Positions 10,893-25,800 of a stretch of 64,000 bases of DNA are shown piece by piece; the first letter of the stretch is position 1, and each line of letters begins with the position of its first letter. The notes below the pieces were generated by a model, which did no database searches, was not told where the DNA came from, and worked only from the letters and a program-made list of their open reading frames with translations. Source of the stretch: Ranitomeya imitator (Eukaryota); NCBI RefSeq assembly GCF_032444005.1, contig NC_091290.1, positions 153,822,001 to 153,886,000 on the forward strand, read 5' to 3'. A program made the translations under genes and the position numbers.

Positions 10893-13800
10893 GTACGTTT
10901 TCTAGACCTAGTACTGTTCACAGCTGAGGGTTTGCTTTATTGCTTTCCAGGTTGCACTATCCTCTGCTGTCCTGATAGTTGGATACAATGTAGAGTGCAG
11001 GTAACATGTATCTCTGGGGTCCTGAGGCTACTCGCAGAGGACTGCCGACAGCCTCGGTGTGTACAGTATGTGAAGACAGGGCGTCTGCATGGTTCATGGA
11101 TATCAGCGAGCACAGGACACACGGGCGGCCATCTCTTCATGTCTGAGTGATGACCATTTGTTTTATGCAGGTGAGATGACATCTGTAAGTGACAGGGTGG
11201 ATGCGAGGATCCAGCAGCTCCAGCAGATGTGTAAGTATAGCCGCAGATACAGTATGTAGGGATCATTCATGTCCTCGTGGTTTGGCCTCCAAGACTGTGG
11301 CCCTGTGTCCCTCCAGCTTGCGGCCATCCAGCCTGCATCCCTCCAACCTGCCTCACCTGCGTCCCTCCATCCTGCATCCCCCAGCCTGCGTCCCTCCAGC
11401 CTGCGTCCCCCCAGCTTGCGTCCCTCCAGCTTGCGTCCCTCCAGCCTGCGCCCCTCCAGCTTGCGGCCCTTCAGCCTGTGGCTCTCCAACCTGAGTCCCT
11501 CCAGCCTACAGCCCTTCAGCCTGTGGCTCACCAGCCTACGGCCCTCCAGCCTGTGTCCCCCCAGCCTGCATCCCTCCAGCCTGTGTCCCTCCAGCCTGCA
11601 TCCCTCCAGCCTGTGGCTCTCCAACCTGCATCCCTCCTGTCATGATCCAGTTCTGAGATTATGTTCAGCTCTCTTGTCTCTGGACTGGTCATGTGGGAGT
11701 TAATCCTCTCTGCCTCACCCTGGAGCTGGCTGAGCTATTTAAGTCCTCTGCAGCCTGTGGGCCAGTGTCAGCTATAGTTCATCCTGCACTGTTTGAGCTC
11801 CTGACCTGGATCCCTGTTCTAGTGTTCCTCTTTGCCTCTGACTGCCTGCACCCGTTTGTTACTTGTTCTGACCTTTGGCCTGTACCCCGACTCCGTCTTA
11901 CGTCTCACGTTTTGGTTACCACGTTCCCGGTAGGTTCTGACATCTTGCTTGCCCCCGATGATTCTCTGCTCACCCCTTCTGTACCGCGCTGCTATCTCCG
12001 TGTATGACCTTGGCTTGTTTCATGTCCCTTTCATTACCTGTGACACCTGTGTTGTTGTTCAGTGTTGCTGTGCTGTGTGTGCAGCCTCCTTTCCTTAATC
12101 AGCACCCCCTGGTGGAGGTTGCTCTATACTGCACTGCAGCAGCACATTACACCTCCAGCCTGCATCCCCCCAGCCTGCGTCGCTCCAGCCTGCATCCCTC
12201 CTGCCTGCGTCCCTCCAGCCTGTGGCTCTCCAACCTGCGTCCCTCCAGCCTGCATCCCCCCAGCTTGCATCCCTCCACCCTAAATCCCTTCAGCCTGTGG
12301 CTCTCCAACCTGCGTCCCTCCAGCCTGCAGCCCCCCAGCCTGCATACCTCCAACCTTTGGCTTTCCAACATGCGTTCCTCCAGTCTGTATCCCCCCAGCC
12401 TGCATCCCTCCAGCCTGCTTCCCCTCAGCCTGCGTCCCCCCAGCCTGCGTCCCTCCAGCCTGCATCCCTCCAACCTGCGTCCCCCCAGCTTGCGTCCCTC
12501 CAACCTGCGTCCCTCCACCTGTGTCCCTCCAGCCTGCATCCCCCCAGACTACATCCCCCCAGCCTGCATCCCCCCAGCCTGCGTCCCCCCAGCTTGCGTC
12601 CCTCCAACCTGCGTCCCTCCGCCTGTGTCCCTCCAGCCTGCGTCCCCCCAGCCTGCGTCCCCCCAGCCTGCGTCCCCCCAGCTTGCGTCCCTCCAACCTG
12701 CGTCCCTCCGCCTGTGTCCCTCCAGCCTGCGTCCCCCCAGCCTGCGTCCCCCCAGCCTGCGTCCCTCCAGCCTGCATCCCCCCAGCCTGCATCCCTCCAT
12801 CCTGCATCCCTCCAACCTGTGTCCCTCCAGCCTGCGTCCCCCCAGCTTGCATCCCTCCATCCTGCATCCCCCCAGCTTGCGTCCCTCCAGCCTGCGTCCC
12901 CCCAGCTTGCGTCCCTCCAGCCTGCATCCCTCCAACCTGTGTCCCTCCAGGCTTCGGCCCCCCAGCTGCTGTGACGTCTTAGGCTGGAGACCAGTGCCAC
13001 GCACCAAGTGATCACATACGGCAGCAGGTAGCCTAAGGGGCCTAGTCATTGTGAGATGTCAGATTGATTTTAATCACATAAGTAACTTTGGCGTCTTCCA
13101 CAGTGCAAGCTGAGCTTGTGCGACCGTGGGATATAAAGGAGATTCGAGCTACTGATCTGAGGTGCAGGGATCTGCAAGAAATCCCTGGCAAGAAGACCAC
13201 TGACAGCCACAGTCTGTACCTAGGGGAATATCACAAGAGCCCAGTGATGATCAAAGTCTTAAAGGGAGAACTGAACAGGAACGATGAGTAAGTTCCCTGG
13301 GCAGAGAAGCCAAAGATCCTCAGTGATCGTTCACAGACATGTGCGTCTTCTGTTTTCAGCTATGTGAGAGAAACCTTCCAGTCTGAGTGTAAGACCATGA
13401 AGAAATACGAAAGCCCAAACATCTTACGTCTTTATGGCATCTGCATTGATAACTCAGGTGAGAGGCGACCCCAATACGCGCTGATCTCCGCCTGCCCCAT
13501 CTCCTCAGGGCCAGAAAATGACAGTAAACCTCAGACTGCGAGGGTCCAACACAACACAGAGGAGCAAAACTGGAAAATTATCAGCAGGTTATAACCAACA
13601 CGTGAAATAACGATCAGAGAAGACTATAATCACATGTAACAATAGTAACAATAGTGCTGGTAGAAGTGTAGTCACACAATGTAATGGTACCGTAATATTC
13701 ACATGTGTATGAGATAATCACACCGTATGATATAGTAATAGTGATAATCACAGCGTATGATATAGTAATAGTGATAATCACAGCGTATGATATAGTAATA

Positions 13801-16800
13801 GTGATAATCACACCGTATGATATAGTAATAGTGATAATCACAGCGTATGATATAGTAATAGTGATAATCACACCGTATGATATAGTAATAGTGATAATCA
13901 CACCGTATGATATTGTAATAGTGATAATCACAGCGTATGATATAGTAATAGTGATAATCACAGCGTATGATATAGCAATAGTGATAATCACAGCGTATGA
14001 TATAGTAATAGTGATAATCACACCGTATGATATAGTAATAGTGATAATCACAGCGTATGATATAGTAATAGTGATAATCACAGCGTATGATATAGTAATA
14101 GTGATAATCACAGCGTATGATATAGTAATAGTGATAATCACACCGTATGATATAGCAATAGTGATAATCACAGCGTATGATATAGTAATAGTGATAATCA
14201 CACCGTATGATATAGTAATAGTGATAATCACAGCGTATGATATAGTAATAGTGATAATCACACCGTATGATATAGCAATAGTGATAATCACACCGTATGA
14301 TATAGTAATAGTGATGATCACAGCGTATGATATAGTAATAGTGACGTATGGTGATAATCACAGCGTATGATATAGTAATAGTGATGATCACACCGTATGA
14401 TATAGTAATAGTGATGATCACACCGTATGATATAGTAATAGTGACGTATGGTGATAATCACAGCGTATGATATAGTAATAGTGATGATCACACCGTATGA
14501 TATAGTAATAGTGACGTATGGTGATAATCACAGCGTATGATATAGTAATAGTGATGATCACACCGTATGATATAGTAATAGTGATAATCACACCGTATGA
14601 TATAGTAATAGTGATAATCACAGCGTATGATATAGTAATAGTGATAATCACACCGTATGATATAGCAATAGTGATAATCACACCGTATGATATAGTAATA
14701 GTGATAATCACACCGTATGATATAGTAATAGTGATAATCACAGCGTATGATATAGTAATAGTGATAATCACACCGTATGATATAGCAATAGTGATAATCA
14801 CACCGTATGATATAGTAATAGTGATGATCACAGCGTATGATATAGTAATAGTGACGTATGGTGATAATCACAGCGTATGATATAGTAATAGTGATGATCA
14901 CACCGTATGATATAGTAATAGTGATAATCACACCGTATGATATAGTAATAGTGATAATCACACCATATGATATAGTAATAGTGATAATAACACCGTATGA
15001 TATAGTAATAGTGATAATCACAGCGTATGATAAAGTAATAGTGATAATCACACCGTATGATATAGTAATAGTGATAATCACAGCGTATGATATAGTAATA
15101 GTGATAATCACACCGTATGATATAGTAATAGTGATGATCACAGCGTATGATATAGTAATAGTGATAATCACACCATATGATATAGTAATAGTGATAATCA
15201 CACCGTATGATATAGTAATAGTGATAATCACACCGTATGATATAGTAATAGTGATAATCACACCGTATGATATAGTAATAGTGATAATCACACCGTATGA
15301 TATAGTAATAGTGATAATCACACCGTATGATATAGCAATAGTGATAATCACACCGTATGATATAGTAATAGTGATGATCACACCGTATGATATAGTAATA
15401 GTGATAATCACACCGTATGATATAGTAATAGTGATAATCACACCGTATGATATAGTAATAGTGATAATAACACCGTATGATATAGTAATAGTGATAATCA
15501 CAGCGTATGATAAAGTAATAGTGATAATCACACCGTATGATATAGTAATAGTGATAATCACAGCGTATGATATAGTAATAGTGATAATCACACCGTATGA
15601 TATAGTAATAGTGATGATCACAGCGTATGATATAGTAATAGTGATAATCACACCGTATGATATAGTAATAGTGATAATCACACCGTATGATATAGTAATA
15701 GTGATAATCACACCGTATGATATAGTAAGTGATAATCACACCGTATGATATAGTAATAGTGATAATCACACCGTATGATATAGTAATAGTGATAATCACA
15801 CCGTATGATATAGTAATAGTGATAATCACACCGTATGATATAGCAATAGTGATAATCACACCGTATGATATAGTAATAGTGATAATCACACCGTATGATA
15901 TAGTAATAGTGATGATCACAGCGTATGATATAGTAATAGTGACGTATGGTGATAATCACACCGTATGATATAGTAATAGTGATAATCACACCGTATGATA
16001 TAGTAATAGTGATAATCACACCGTATGATATAGTAATAGTGATAATCACACCGTATGATATAGTAATAGTGATGATCACACCGTATGATATAGTAATAGT
16101 GATGATCACAGCGTATGATATAGTAATAGTGATGATCACAGCGTATGATATAGTAATAGTGACGTATGGTGATAATCACAGCGTATGATATAGTAATAGT
16201 GATAATCACACCGTATGATATAGTAATAGTGATGATCACAGCGTATGATATAGTAATAGTGATAATCACACCGTATGATATAGTAATAGTAATGATCACA
16301 CCGTATGATATAGTAATAGTGATAATCACACCGTATGATATAGCAATAGTGATAATCACACCGTATGATATAGTAATAGTGATAATCACACCGTATGATA
16401 TAGTAATAGTGATAATCACACCGTATGATATAGTAATAGTGATAATCACACCGTATGATATAGTAATAGTGACGTATGGTGATAATCACAGCGTATGATA
16501 TAGTAATAGTGATAATCACACTGTATGATATAGTAATAGTGATGATCACAGCGTATGATATAGTAATAGTGATAATCACACCGTATGATATAGTAATAGT
16601 GATAATCACACCGTATGATATAGTAATAGTGATAATCACACACCGTATGATATAGTAATAGTGATAATCACACCGTATGATATAGTAATAGTGATAATCA
16701 CACCGTATGATATAGTAATAGTGATGATCACAGCGTATGATATAGTAATAGTGATAATCACACCGTATGATATAGTAATAGTGATAATCACACCGTATGA

Positions 16801-19800
16801 TATAGTAATAGTGATAATCATACCGTATGATATAGCAATAGTGATAATCACACCGTATGATATAGTAATAGTGATAATCACACCGTATGATATAGTAATA
16901 GTGATAATCACACCGTATGATATAGTAATAGTGATAATCACACCGTATGATATAGTAATAGTGATGATCACAGCGTATGATATAGTAATAGTGATAATCA
17001 CACCGTATGATATAGTAATAGTGATAATCACACCGTATGATATAGTAATAGTGATAATCATACCATATGATATAGCAATAGTGATAATCACACCGTATGA
17101 TATAGTAATAGTGATAATCACACCGTATGATATAGTAATAGTGACGTATGGTGATAATCACAGCGTATGATATAGTAATAGTGATAATCACAGCGTATGA
17201 TATAGTAATAGTGATAATCACACCGTATGATATAGTAATAGTGATAATCACACCGTATGATATAGTAATAGTGATGATCACAGCGTATGATATAGTAATA
17301 GTGATAATCACACCGTATGATATAGTAATAGTGATAATCACACCGTATGATATAGTAATAGTGATAATCACACCGTATAATATAGTAATAGTGATAATCA
17401 CACCGTATGATAGAGTAATAGTGATAATCACACCGTATGATATAGTAATAGTGATGATCACAGCGTATGATATAGTAATAGTGATAATCACACCGTATGA
17501 TATAGTAATAGTGATAATCACACCGTATGATATAGTAATAGTGATAATCATACCGTATGATATAGCAATAGTGATAATCACACCGTATGATATAGTAATA
17601 GTGATAATCACACCGTATGATATAGTAATAGTGATAATCACACCGTATGATATAGTAATAGTGATAATCACACCGTATGATATAGTAATAGTGATAATCA
17701 CACCGTATGATATAGTAATAGTGATAATCACACCGTATGATATAGTAATAGTGATAATCACACCGTATGATATAGTAATAGTGATAATCACACCGTATGA
17801 TATAGTAATAGTGATAATCACACCGTATGATATATGTTGTGAGTTCTGTTTTTGGGCTCCCTCTGGTGGTTACTGATGGTACTGGGTGACTTGTCTTTCC
17901 TGGGTTTCTGGGTTCCACCTGTTCCATCAGCATATGGGAGTTTCCTATTTAACCTGGCTTTGCTGGCAGTTCCTCGCCGGTTATCAATGTATCCAGTGTG
18001 TCTTGTTACCTCTGCTCCCTGCTCCTAGAACCTTCTGGTCTAGCTAAGTTTGGATTTTCCTGTTTTGGTGTTTTGCTTTATTTGGTTTTTAGTCCAGCCT
18101 GCAGATATGTGATTCTTGCTGCTGGTTGCTCTAGTGGGCTGAAATTGCTCCTCATGTACCATGAGTTGGCACATGAGTTCAAGTAATTTCAGGATGGTTT
18201 TTTGAAGGGTTTTTCGCTGACCGCGCAGTTCACTTTTGTATCCTCTGCTATCTAGCTTTAGCGGGCCTCATTTTGCTGAAACTGTTTTCATACTGCGTAT
18301 GTGCTTTCCTCTCATTTCACCGTCATTATATGTGGGGGGCTGCTATTTCTGTGGGGGATTTCTCTGGAGGCAAGAGAGGTCTGTGTTTCTTCTAATAGGG
18401 GAAGTTAGATCTTCGGCTGGAGCGAGACGTCTAGGATCATCGTAGGCACGTTCCCCGGCTACTTTTATTTGTGTGTTAGGTTCAGGGTCGCGGTCAGCTC
18501 AGGTTCCATCGCCCTAGAGCTTGTTTGTATCTGTGCTTGTCCTTTAGTGATCCCCTGCCATTGGGATCATGACAGATATAGTAATAGTGATGATCACAGC
18601 GTATGATATAGTAATAGTGATAATCACACCGTATGATATAGTAATAGTGATAATCACACCGTATGATATAGTAATAGTGATAATCACACCGTATGATATA
18701 GTAATAGTGATAATCACACCGTATGATATAGTAATAGTGATAATCACACAGTATGATATAGTAATAGTGATAATCACACCGTATGATATAGCAATAGTGA
18801 TAATCATACCGTATGATATAGCAATAGTGATAATCACACCGTATGATATAGTAATAGTGATAATGACACCGTATGATATAGTAATAGTGATAATCACACC
18901 GTATGATATAGTAATAGTGATAATCACACCGTATGATATAGTAATAGTGATAATCACACCGTATGATATAGTAATAGTGATAATCACAGCGTATGATATA
19001 GTAATAGTGATAATCACACCGTATTATATAGTAATAGTGATAATCACACCGTATGATATAGTAATAGTGATAATCATACCGTATGATATAGCAATAGTGA
19101 TAATCACACCGTATGATATAGTAATAGTGATAATCACACCGTATGATATAGTAATAGTGACGTATGGTGATAATCACAGCGTATGATATAGTAATAGTGA
19201 TAATCACACCGTATGATATAGTAATAGTGATAATCACACCGTATGATATAGTAATAGTGATGATCACACCGTATGATATAGTAATAGTGATAATCACACC
19301 GTATGATATAGTAATAGTGATGATCACAGCGTATAATATAGTAATAGTGATAATCACACCGTATGATATAGTAATAGTGATAATCACACCGTATGATATA
19401 GTAATAGTGATAATCACACCGTATAATATAGTAATAGTGATAATCACACCGTATGATAGAGTAATAGTGATAATCACACCGTATGATATAGTAATAGTGA
19501 TGATCACAGCGTATGATATAGTAATAGTGATAATCACACCGTATGATATAGTAATAGTGATAATCACACCGTATGATATAGTAATAGTGATAATCATACC
19601 GTATGATATAGCAATAGTGATAATCACACCGTATGATATAGTAATAGTGATAATCACACCGTATGATATAGTAATAGTGATAATCACACCGTATGATATA
19701 GTAATAGTGATAATCACACCGTATGATATAGTAATAGTGATAATCACACCGTATGATATAGTAATAGTGATAATCACACCGTATGATATAGTAATAGTGA

Positions 19801-22800
19801 TAATCACACCGTATGATATATGTTGTGAGTTCTGTTTTTGGGCTCCCTCTGGTGGTTACTGATGGTACTGGGTGACTTGTCTTTCCTGGGTTTCTGGGTT
19901 CCACCTGTTCCATCAGCATATGGGAGTTTCCTATTTAACCTGGCTTTGCTGGCAGTTCCTCGCCGGTTATCAATGTATCCAGTGTGTCTTGTTACCTCTG
20001 CTCCCTGCTCCTAGAACCTTCTGGTCTAGCTAAGTTTGGATTTTCCTGTTTTGGTGTTTTGCTTTATTTGGTTTTTAGTCCAGCCTGCAGATATGTGATT
20101 CTTGCTGCTGGTTGCTCTAGTGGGCTGAAATTGCTCCTCATGTACCATGAGTTGGCACATGAGTTCAAGTAATTTCAGGATGGTTTTTTGAAGGGTTTTT
20201 CGCTGACCGCGCAGTTCACTTTTGTATCCTCTGCTATCTAGCTTTAGCGGGCCTCATTTTGCTGAAACTGTTTTCATACTGCGTATGTGCTTTCCTCTCA
20301 TTTCACCGTCATTATATGTGGGGGGCTGCTATTTCTGTGGGGGATTTCTCTGGAGGCAAGAGAGGTCTGTGTTTCTTCTAATAGGGGAAGTTAGATCTTC
20401 GGCTGGAGCGAGACGTCTAGGATCATCGTAGGCACGTTCCCCGGCTACTTTTATTTGTGTGTTAGGTTCAGGGTCGCGGTCAGCTCAGGTTCCATCGCCC
20501 TAGAGCTTGTTTGTATCTGTGCTTGTCCTTTAGTGATCCCCTGCCATTGGGATCATGACAGATATAGTAATAGTGATGATCACAGCGTATGATATAGTAA
20601 TAGTGATAATCACACCGTATGATATAGTAATAGTGATAATCACACCGTATGATATAGTAATAGTGATAATCACACCGTATGATATAGTAATAGTGATAAT
20701 CACACCGTATGATATAGTAATAGTGATAATCACACAGTATGATATAGTAATAGTGATAATCACACCGTATGATATAGCAATAGTGATAATCATACCGTAT
20801 GATATAGCAATAGTGATAATCACACCGTATGATATAGTAATAGTGATAATGACACCGTATGATATAGTAATAGTGATAATCACACCGTATGATATAGTAA
20901 TAGTGATAATCACACCGTATGATATAGTAATAGTGATAATCACACCGTATGATATAGTAATAGTGATAATCACACCGTATGATATAGTAATAGTGATAAT
21001 CACAGCGTATGATATAGTAATAGTGATAATCACACCGTATTATATAGTAATAGTGATAATCACACCGTATGATATAGTAATAGTGATAATCATACCGTAT
21101 GATATAGCAATAGTGATAATCACACCGTATGATATAGTAATAGTGATAATCACACCGTATGATATAGTAATAGTGACGTATGGTGATAATCACAGCGTAT
21201 GATATAGTAATAGTGATAATCACACCGTATGATATAGTAATAGTGATAATCACACCGTATGATATAGTAATAGTGATGATCACACCGTATGATATAGTAA
21301 TAGTGATAATCACACCGTATGATATAGTAATAGTGATGATCACAGCGTATAATATAGTAATAGTGATAATCACACCGTATGATATAGTAATAGTGATAAT
21401 CACACCGTATGATATAGTAATAGTGATAATCACACCGTATAATATAGTAATAGTGATAATCACACCGTATGATAGAGTAATAGTGATAATCACACCGTAT
21501 GATATAGTAATAGTGATGATCACAGCGTATGATATAGTAATAGTGATAATCACACCGTATGATATAGTAATAGTGATAATCACACCGTATGATATAGTAA
21601 TAGTGATAATCATACCGTATGATATAGCAATAGTGATAATCACACCGTATGATATAGTAATAGTGATAATCACACCGTATGATATAGTAATAGTGATAAT
21701 CACACCGTATGATATAGTAATAGTGATAATCACACCGTATGATATAGTAATAGTGATAATCACACCGTATGATATAGTAATAGTGATAATCACACCGTAT
21801 GATATAGTAATAGTGATAATCACACCGTATGATATATGTTGTGAGTTCTGTTTTTGGGCTCCCTCTGGTGGTTACTGATGGTACTGGGTGACTTGTCTTT
21901 CCTGGGTTTCTGGGTTCCACCTGTTCCATCAGCATATGGGAGTTTCCTATTTAACCTGGCTTTGCTGGCAGTTCCTCGCCGGTTATCAATGTATCCAGTG
22001 TGTCTTGTTACCTCTGCTCCCTGCTCCTAGAACCTTCTGGTCTAGCTAAGTTTGGATTTTCCTGTTTTGGTGTTTTGCTTTATTTGGTTTTTAGTCCAGC
22101 CTGCAGATATGTGATTCTTGCTGCTGGTTGCTCTAGTGGGCTGAAATTGCTCCTCATGTACCATGAGTTGGCACATGAGTTCAAGTAATTTCAGGATGGT
22201 TTTTTGAAGGGTTTTTCGCTGACCGCGCAGTTCACTTTTGTATCCTCTGCTATCTAGCTTTAGCGGGCCTCATTTTGCTGAAACTGTTTTCATACTGCGT
22301 ATGTGCTTTCCTCTCATTTCACCGTCATTATATGTGGGGGGCTGCTATTTCTGTGGGGGATTTCTCTGGAGGCAAGAGAGGTCTGTGTTTCTTCTAATAG
22401 GGGAAGTTAGATCTTCGGCTGGAGCGAGACGTCTAGGATCATCGTAGGCACGTTCCCCGGCTACTTTTATTTGTGTGTTAGGTTCAGGGTCGCGGTCAGC
22501 TCAGGTTCCATTGCCCTAGAGCTTGTTTGTATCTGTGCTTGTCCTTTAGTGATCCCCTGCCATTGGGATCATGACAGATATAGTAATAGTGATGATCACA
22601 GCGTATGATATAGTAATAGTGATAATCACACCGTATGATATAGTAATAGTGATAATCACACCGTATGATATAGTAATAGTGATAATCACACCGTATGATA
22701 TAGTAATAGTGATAATCACACCGTATGATATAGTAATAGTGATAATCACACAGTATGATATAGTAATAGTGATAATCACACCGTATGATATAGCAATAGT

Positions 22801-25800
22801 GATAATCATACCGTATGATATAGCAATAGTGATAATCACACCGTATGATATAGTAATAGTGATAATGACACCGTATGATATAGTAATAGTGATAATCACA
22901 CCGTATGATATAGTAATAGTGATAATCACACCGTATGATATAGTAATAGTGATAATCACACCGTATGATAAAGTAATAGTGATAATCACACCGTATGATA
23001 TAGCAATAGTGATAATCACACCGTATGATATAGTAATAGTGATAATCACACCGTATGATAAAGTAATAGTGATAATCACACCGTATGATATAGCAATAGT
23101 GATAATCACACCGTATGATATAGTAATAGTGATAATCACACCGTATGATATAGCAATAGTGATAATCATACCGTATGATATAGCAATAGTGATAATCACA
23201 CCGTATGATATAGCAATAGTGATAATCATACCGTATGATATAGCAATAGTGATAATCACACCGTATGATATAGTAATAGTGATAATCACACCGTATGATA
23301 TAGTAATAGTGATAATCACACCGTATGATATAGTAATAGTGATGATCACACCGTATGATATAGTAATAGTGATAATCACACCGTATGATATAGTAATAGT
23401 GATAATCACACCGTATGATATAGTAATAGTGATGATCACACCGTATGGTATAGTAATAGTGATAATCACAGCATATGGTATAGTAATAGTGATAATCACA
23501 CAGTATGATATAGTAATAGTGATAATCACACAGTATGATATAGTAATGGTGATAATCACACCGTATGATATAGTAATAGTGATGATCACACCGTATGATA
23601 TAGTAATAGTGATAATCACAGCATATGGTATAGTAATAGTGATAATCACACCGTATGATATAGTAATAGTGATAATCACACAGTATGATATAGTAATAGT
23701 GATAATCACACCGTATGATATAGTAATAGTGATAATCACACCGTATGATATAGTAATAGTGATAATCACACCGTATGATATAGTAATAGTGATAATCACA
23801 GCATATGGTATAGTAATAGTGATAATCACACCGTATGATATAGTAATAGTGATAATCACAGCATATGGTATAGTAATAGTGATAATCACACCGTATGGTA
23901 TAGTAATAGTGATAATCACACAGTATGGTATAGTAATAGTGATAATCACAGCATATGGTATAGTAATAGTGATAATCACAGCATATGGTATAGTAATAGT
24001 GATAATCACAGCATATGGTATAGTAATAGTGATAATCACAGCATATGGTATAGTAATAGTGATAATCACACCGTATGGTATAGTAATAGTGATAATCACA
24101 CAGTATGGTATAGTAATAGTGATAATCACAGCATATGGTATAGTAATAGTGATAATCACAGCATATGGTATAGTAATAGTGATAATCACACCGTATGATA
24201 TAGTAATAGTGATAATCACACCGTATGGTATAGTAATAGTGATGATCACACCGTATGATATAGTAATAGTGATGATCACACCGTATGATATAGTAATAGT
24301 GATAATCACACCGTATGGTATAGTAATAGTGATGATCACACCGTATGATATAGTAATAGTGATGATCACACCGTATGATATAGTAATAGTGATAATCACA
24401 GCATATGGTATAGTAATAGTGATAATCACACCGTATGATATAGTAATAGTGATAATCACACCGTATGATATAGTAATAGTGATAATCACACCGTATGATA
24501 TAGTAATAGTGATGATCACACCGTATGATATAGTAATAGTGATAATCACACCGTATGATATAGTAATAGTGATAATCACAGCATATGGTATAGTAATAGT
24601 GATAATCACACCGTATGATATAGTAATAGTGATGATCACACCGTATGATATAGTAATAGTGATAATCACACCGTATGATATAGTAATAGTGATAATCACA
24701 CCGTATGATATAGTAATAGTGATAATCACACCGTATGATATAGTAATAGTGATAATCACAGCATATGGTATAGTAATAGTGATAATCACACCGTATGATA
24801 TAGTAATAGTGATGATCACACCGTATGATATAGTAATAGTGATAATCACACCGTATGATATAGTAATAGTGATAATCACACCGTATGATATAGTAATAAT
24901 CACACTGTATGATATAGTAATAGTGATAATCACACTGTATGGTATAGTAATAGTGATAATCACACATTATGGTATAGTAATAGTGATAATCACACTGTAT
25001 GATATAGTAATAGTGATAATCACACAGTATGGTATAGTAATAGTGATAATCACACAGTATGGTATAGTAATAGTGATAATCACACAGTATGGTATAGTAA
25101 TAGTGATAATCACACAGTATGGTATAGTAATAGTGATAATCACACAGTATGGTATAGTAATAGTGATAATCACACAGTATGGTATAGTAATAGTGATAAT
25201 CACACAGTATGGTATAGTAATAGTGATAATCACACCGTATGGTATAGTAATAGTGATAATCACACATTATGGTATAGTAATAGTGATAATCACACATTAT
25301 GGTATAGTAATAGTGACGTATGGTGATAATCACACAGTATGATACAGTATTAGTGGATGATAGGACCTGGAGATGGTGAAGGCGCACTCTGAATGCATCT
25401 TTCCCTCTCTTTTCTCTCCTCCTTACCGTCTCTGCTTCTGGAGCTCACTGTGTCGTCTCCCCTGGTCCAGGCAGAGACCCCCAATACTCCCTTGTGATGG
25501 AATACTGTGAGAAAGGGACCCTGAGAGAGCTGCTGAGACGAGAGCCCGGCCTGTCATGGGAGTGTCGTGTCCAGATGTCTCTAGATGCAGCCAGAGCCTT
25601 ATACCGGTGCTGTATCCCACCTGTCAGGGCCGGGGGTCCGACCCTGGAGACGATCTGCATGCCGCCAGCACATGGTGATTACTCTCGATAGTAACTGTGA
25701 CCTCGTATTTATAGATTACACCAGACAGAGGTGAAAGCCATTCTGCACGGCAGTCTGAGCAGCTCCAGGCTCTGGGTGGACAGGACGTACTGTGTAAAGG

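Larger units (their letters stand above)
13708..25345. repeat. 30-bp AT-rich minisatellite of about 11.6 kb filling an MLKL intron, interrupted by three LTR copies
   Basis: Unit GATATAGTAATAGTGATAATCACACCGTAT with regionally clustered variants. Confidence 0.98.

Noticed and set aside
13708-25345. CRISPR-like appearance (about 30-bp repeats interrupted by unique segments)
   Set aside because: Repeats are directly adjacent with no spacers, the interruptions are identical LTRs, there are no cas genes and the context is eukaryotic.
13614-25387. Long Ile/Tyr/Thr-rich ORFs (up to 963 aa) resembling repetitive proteins
   Set aside because: They are translations of the 30-bp intronic minisatellite and lie within a well-defined MLKL intron.
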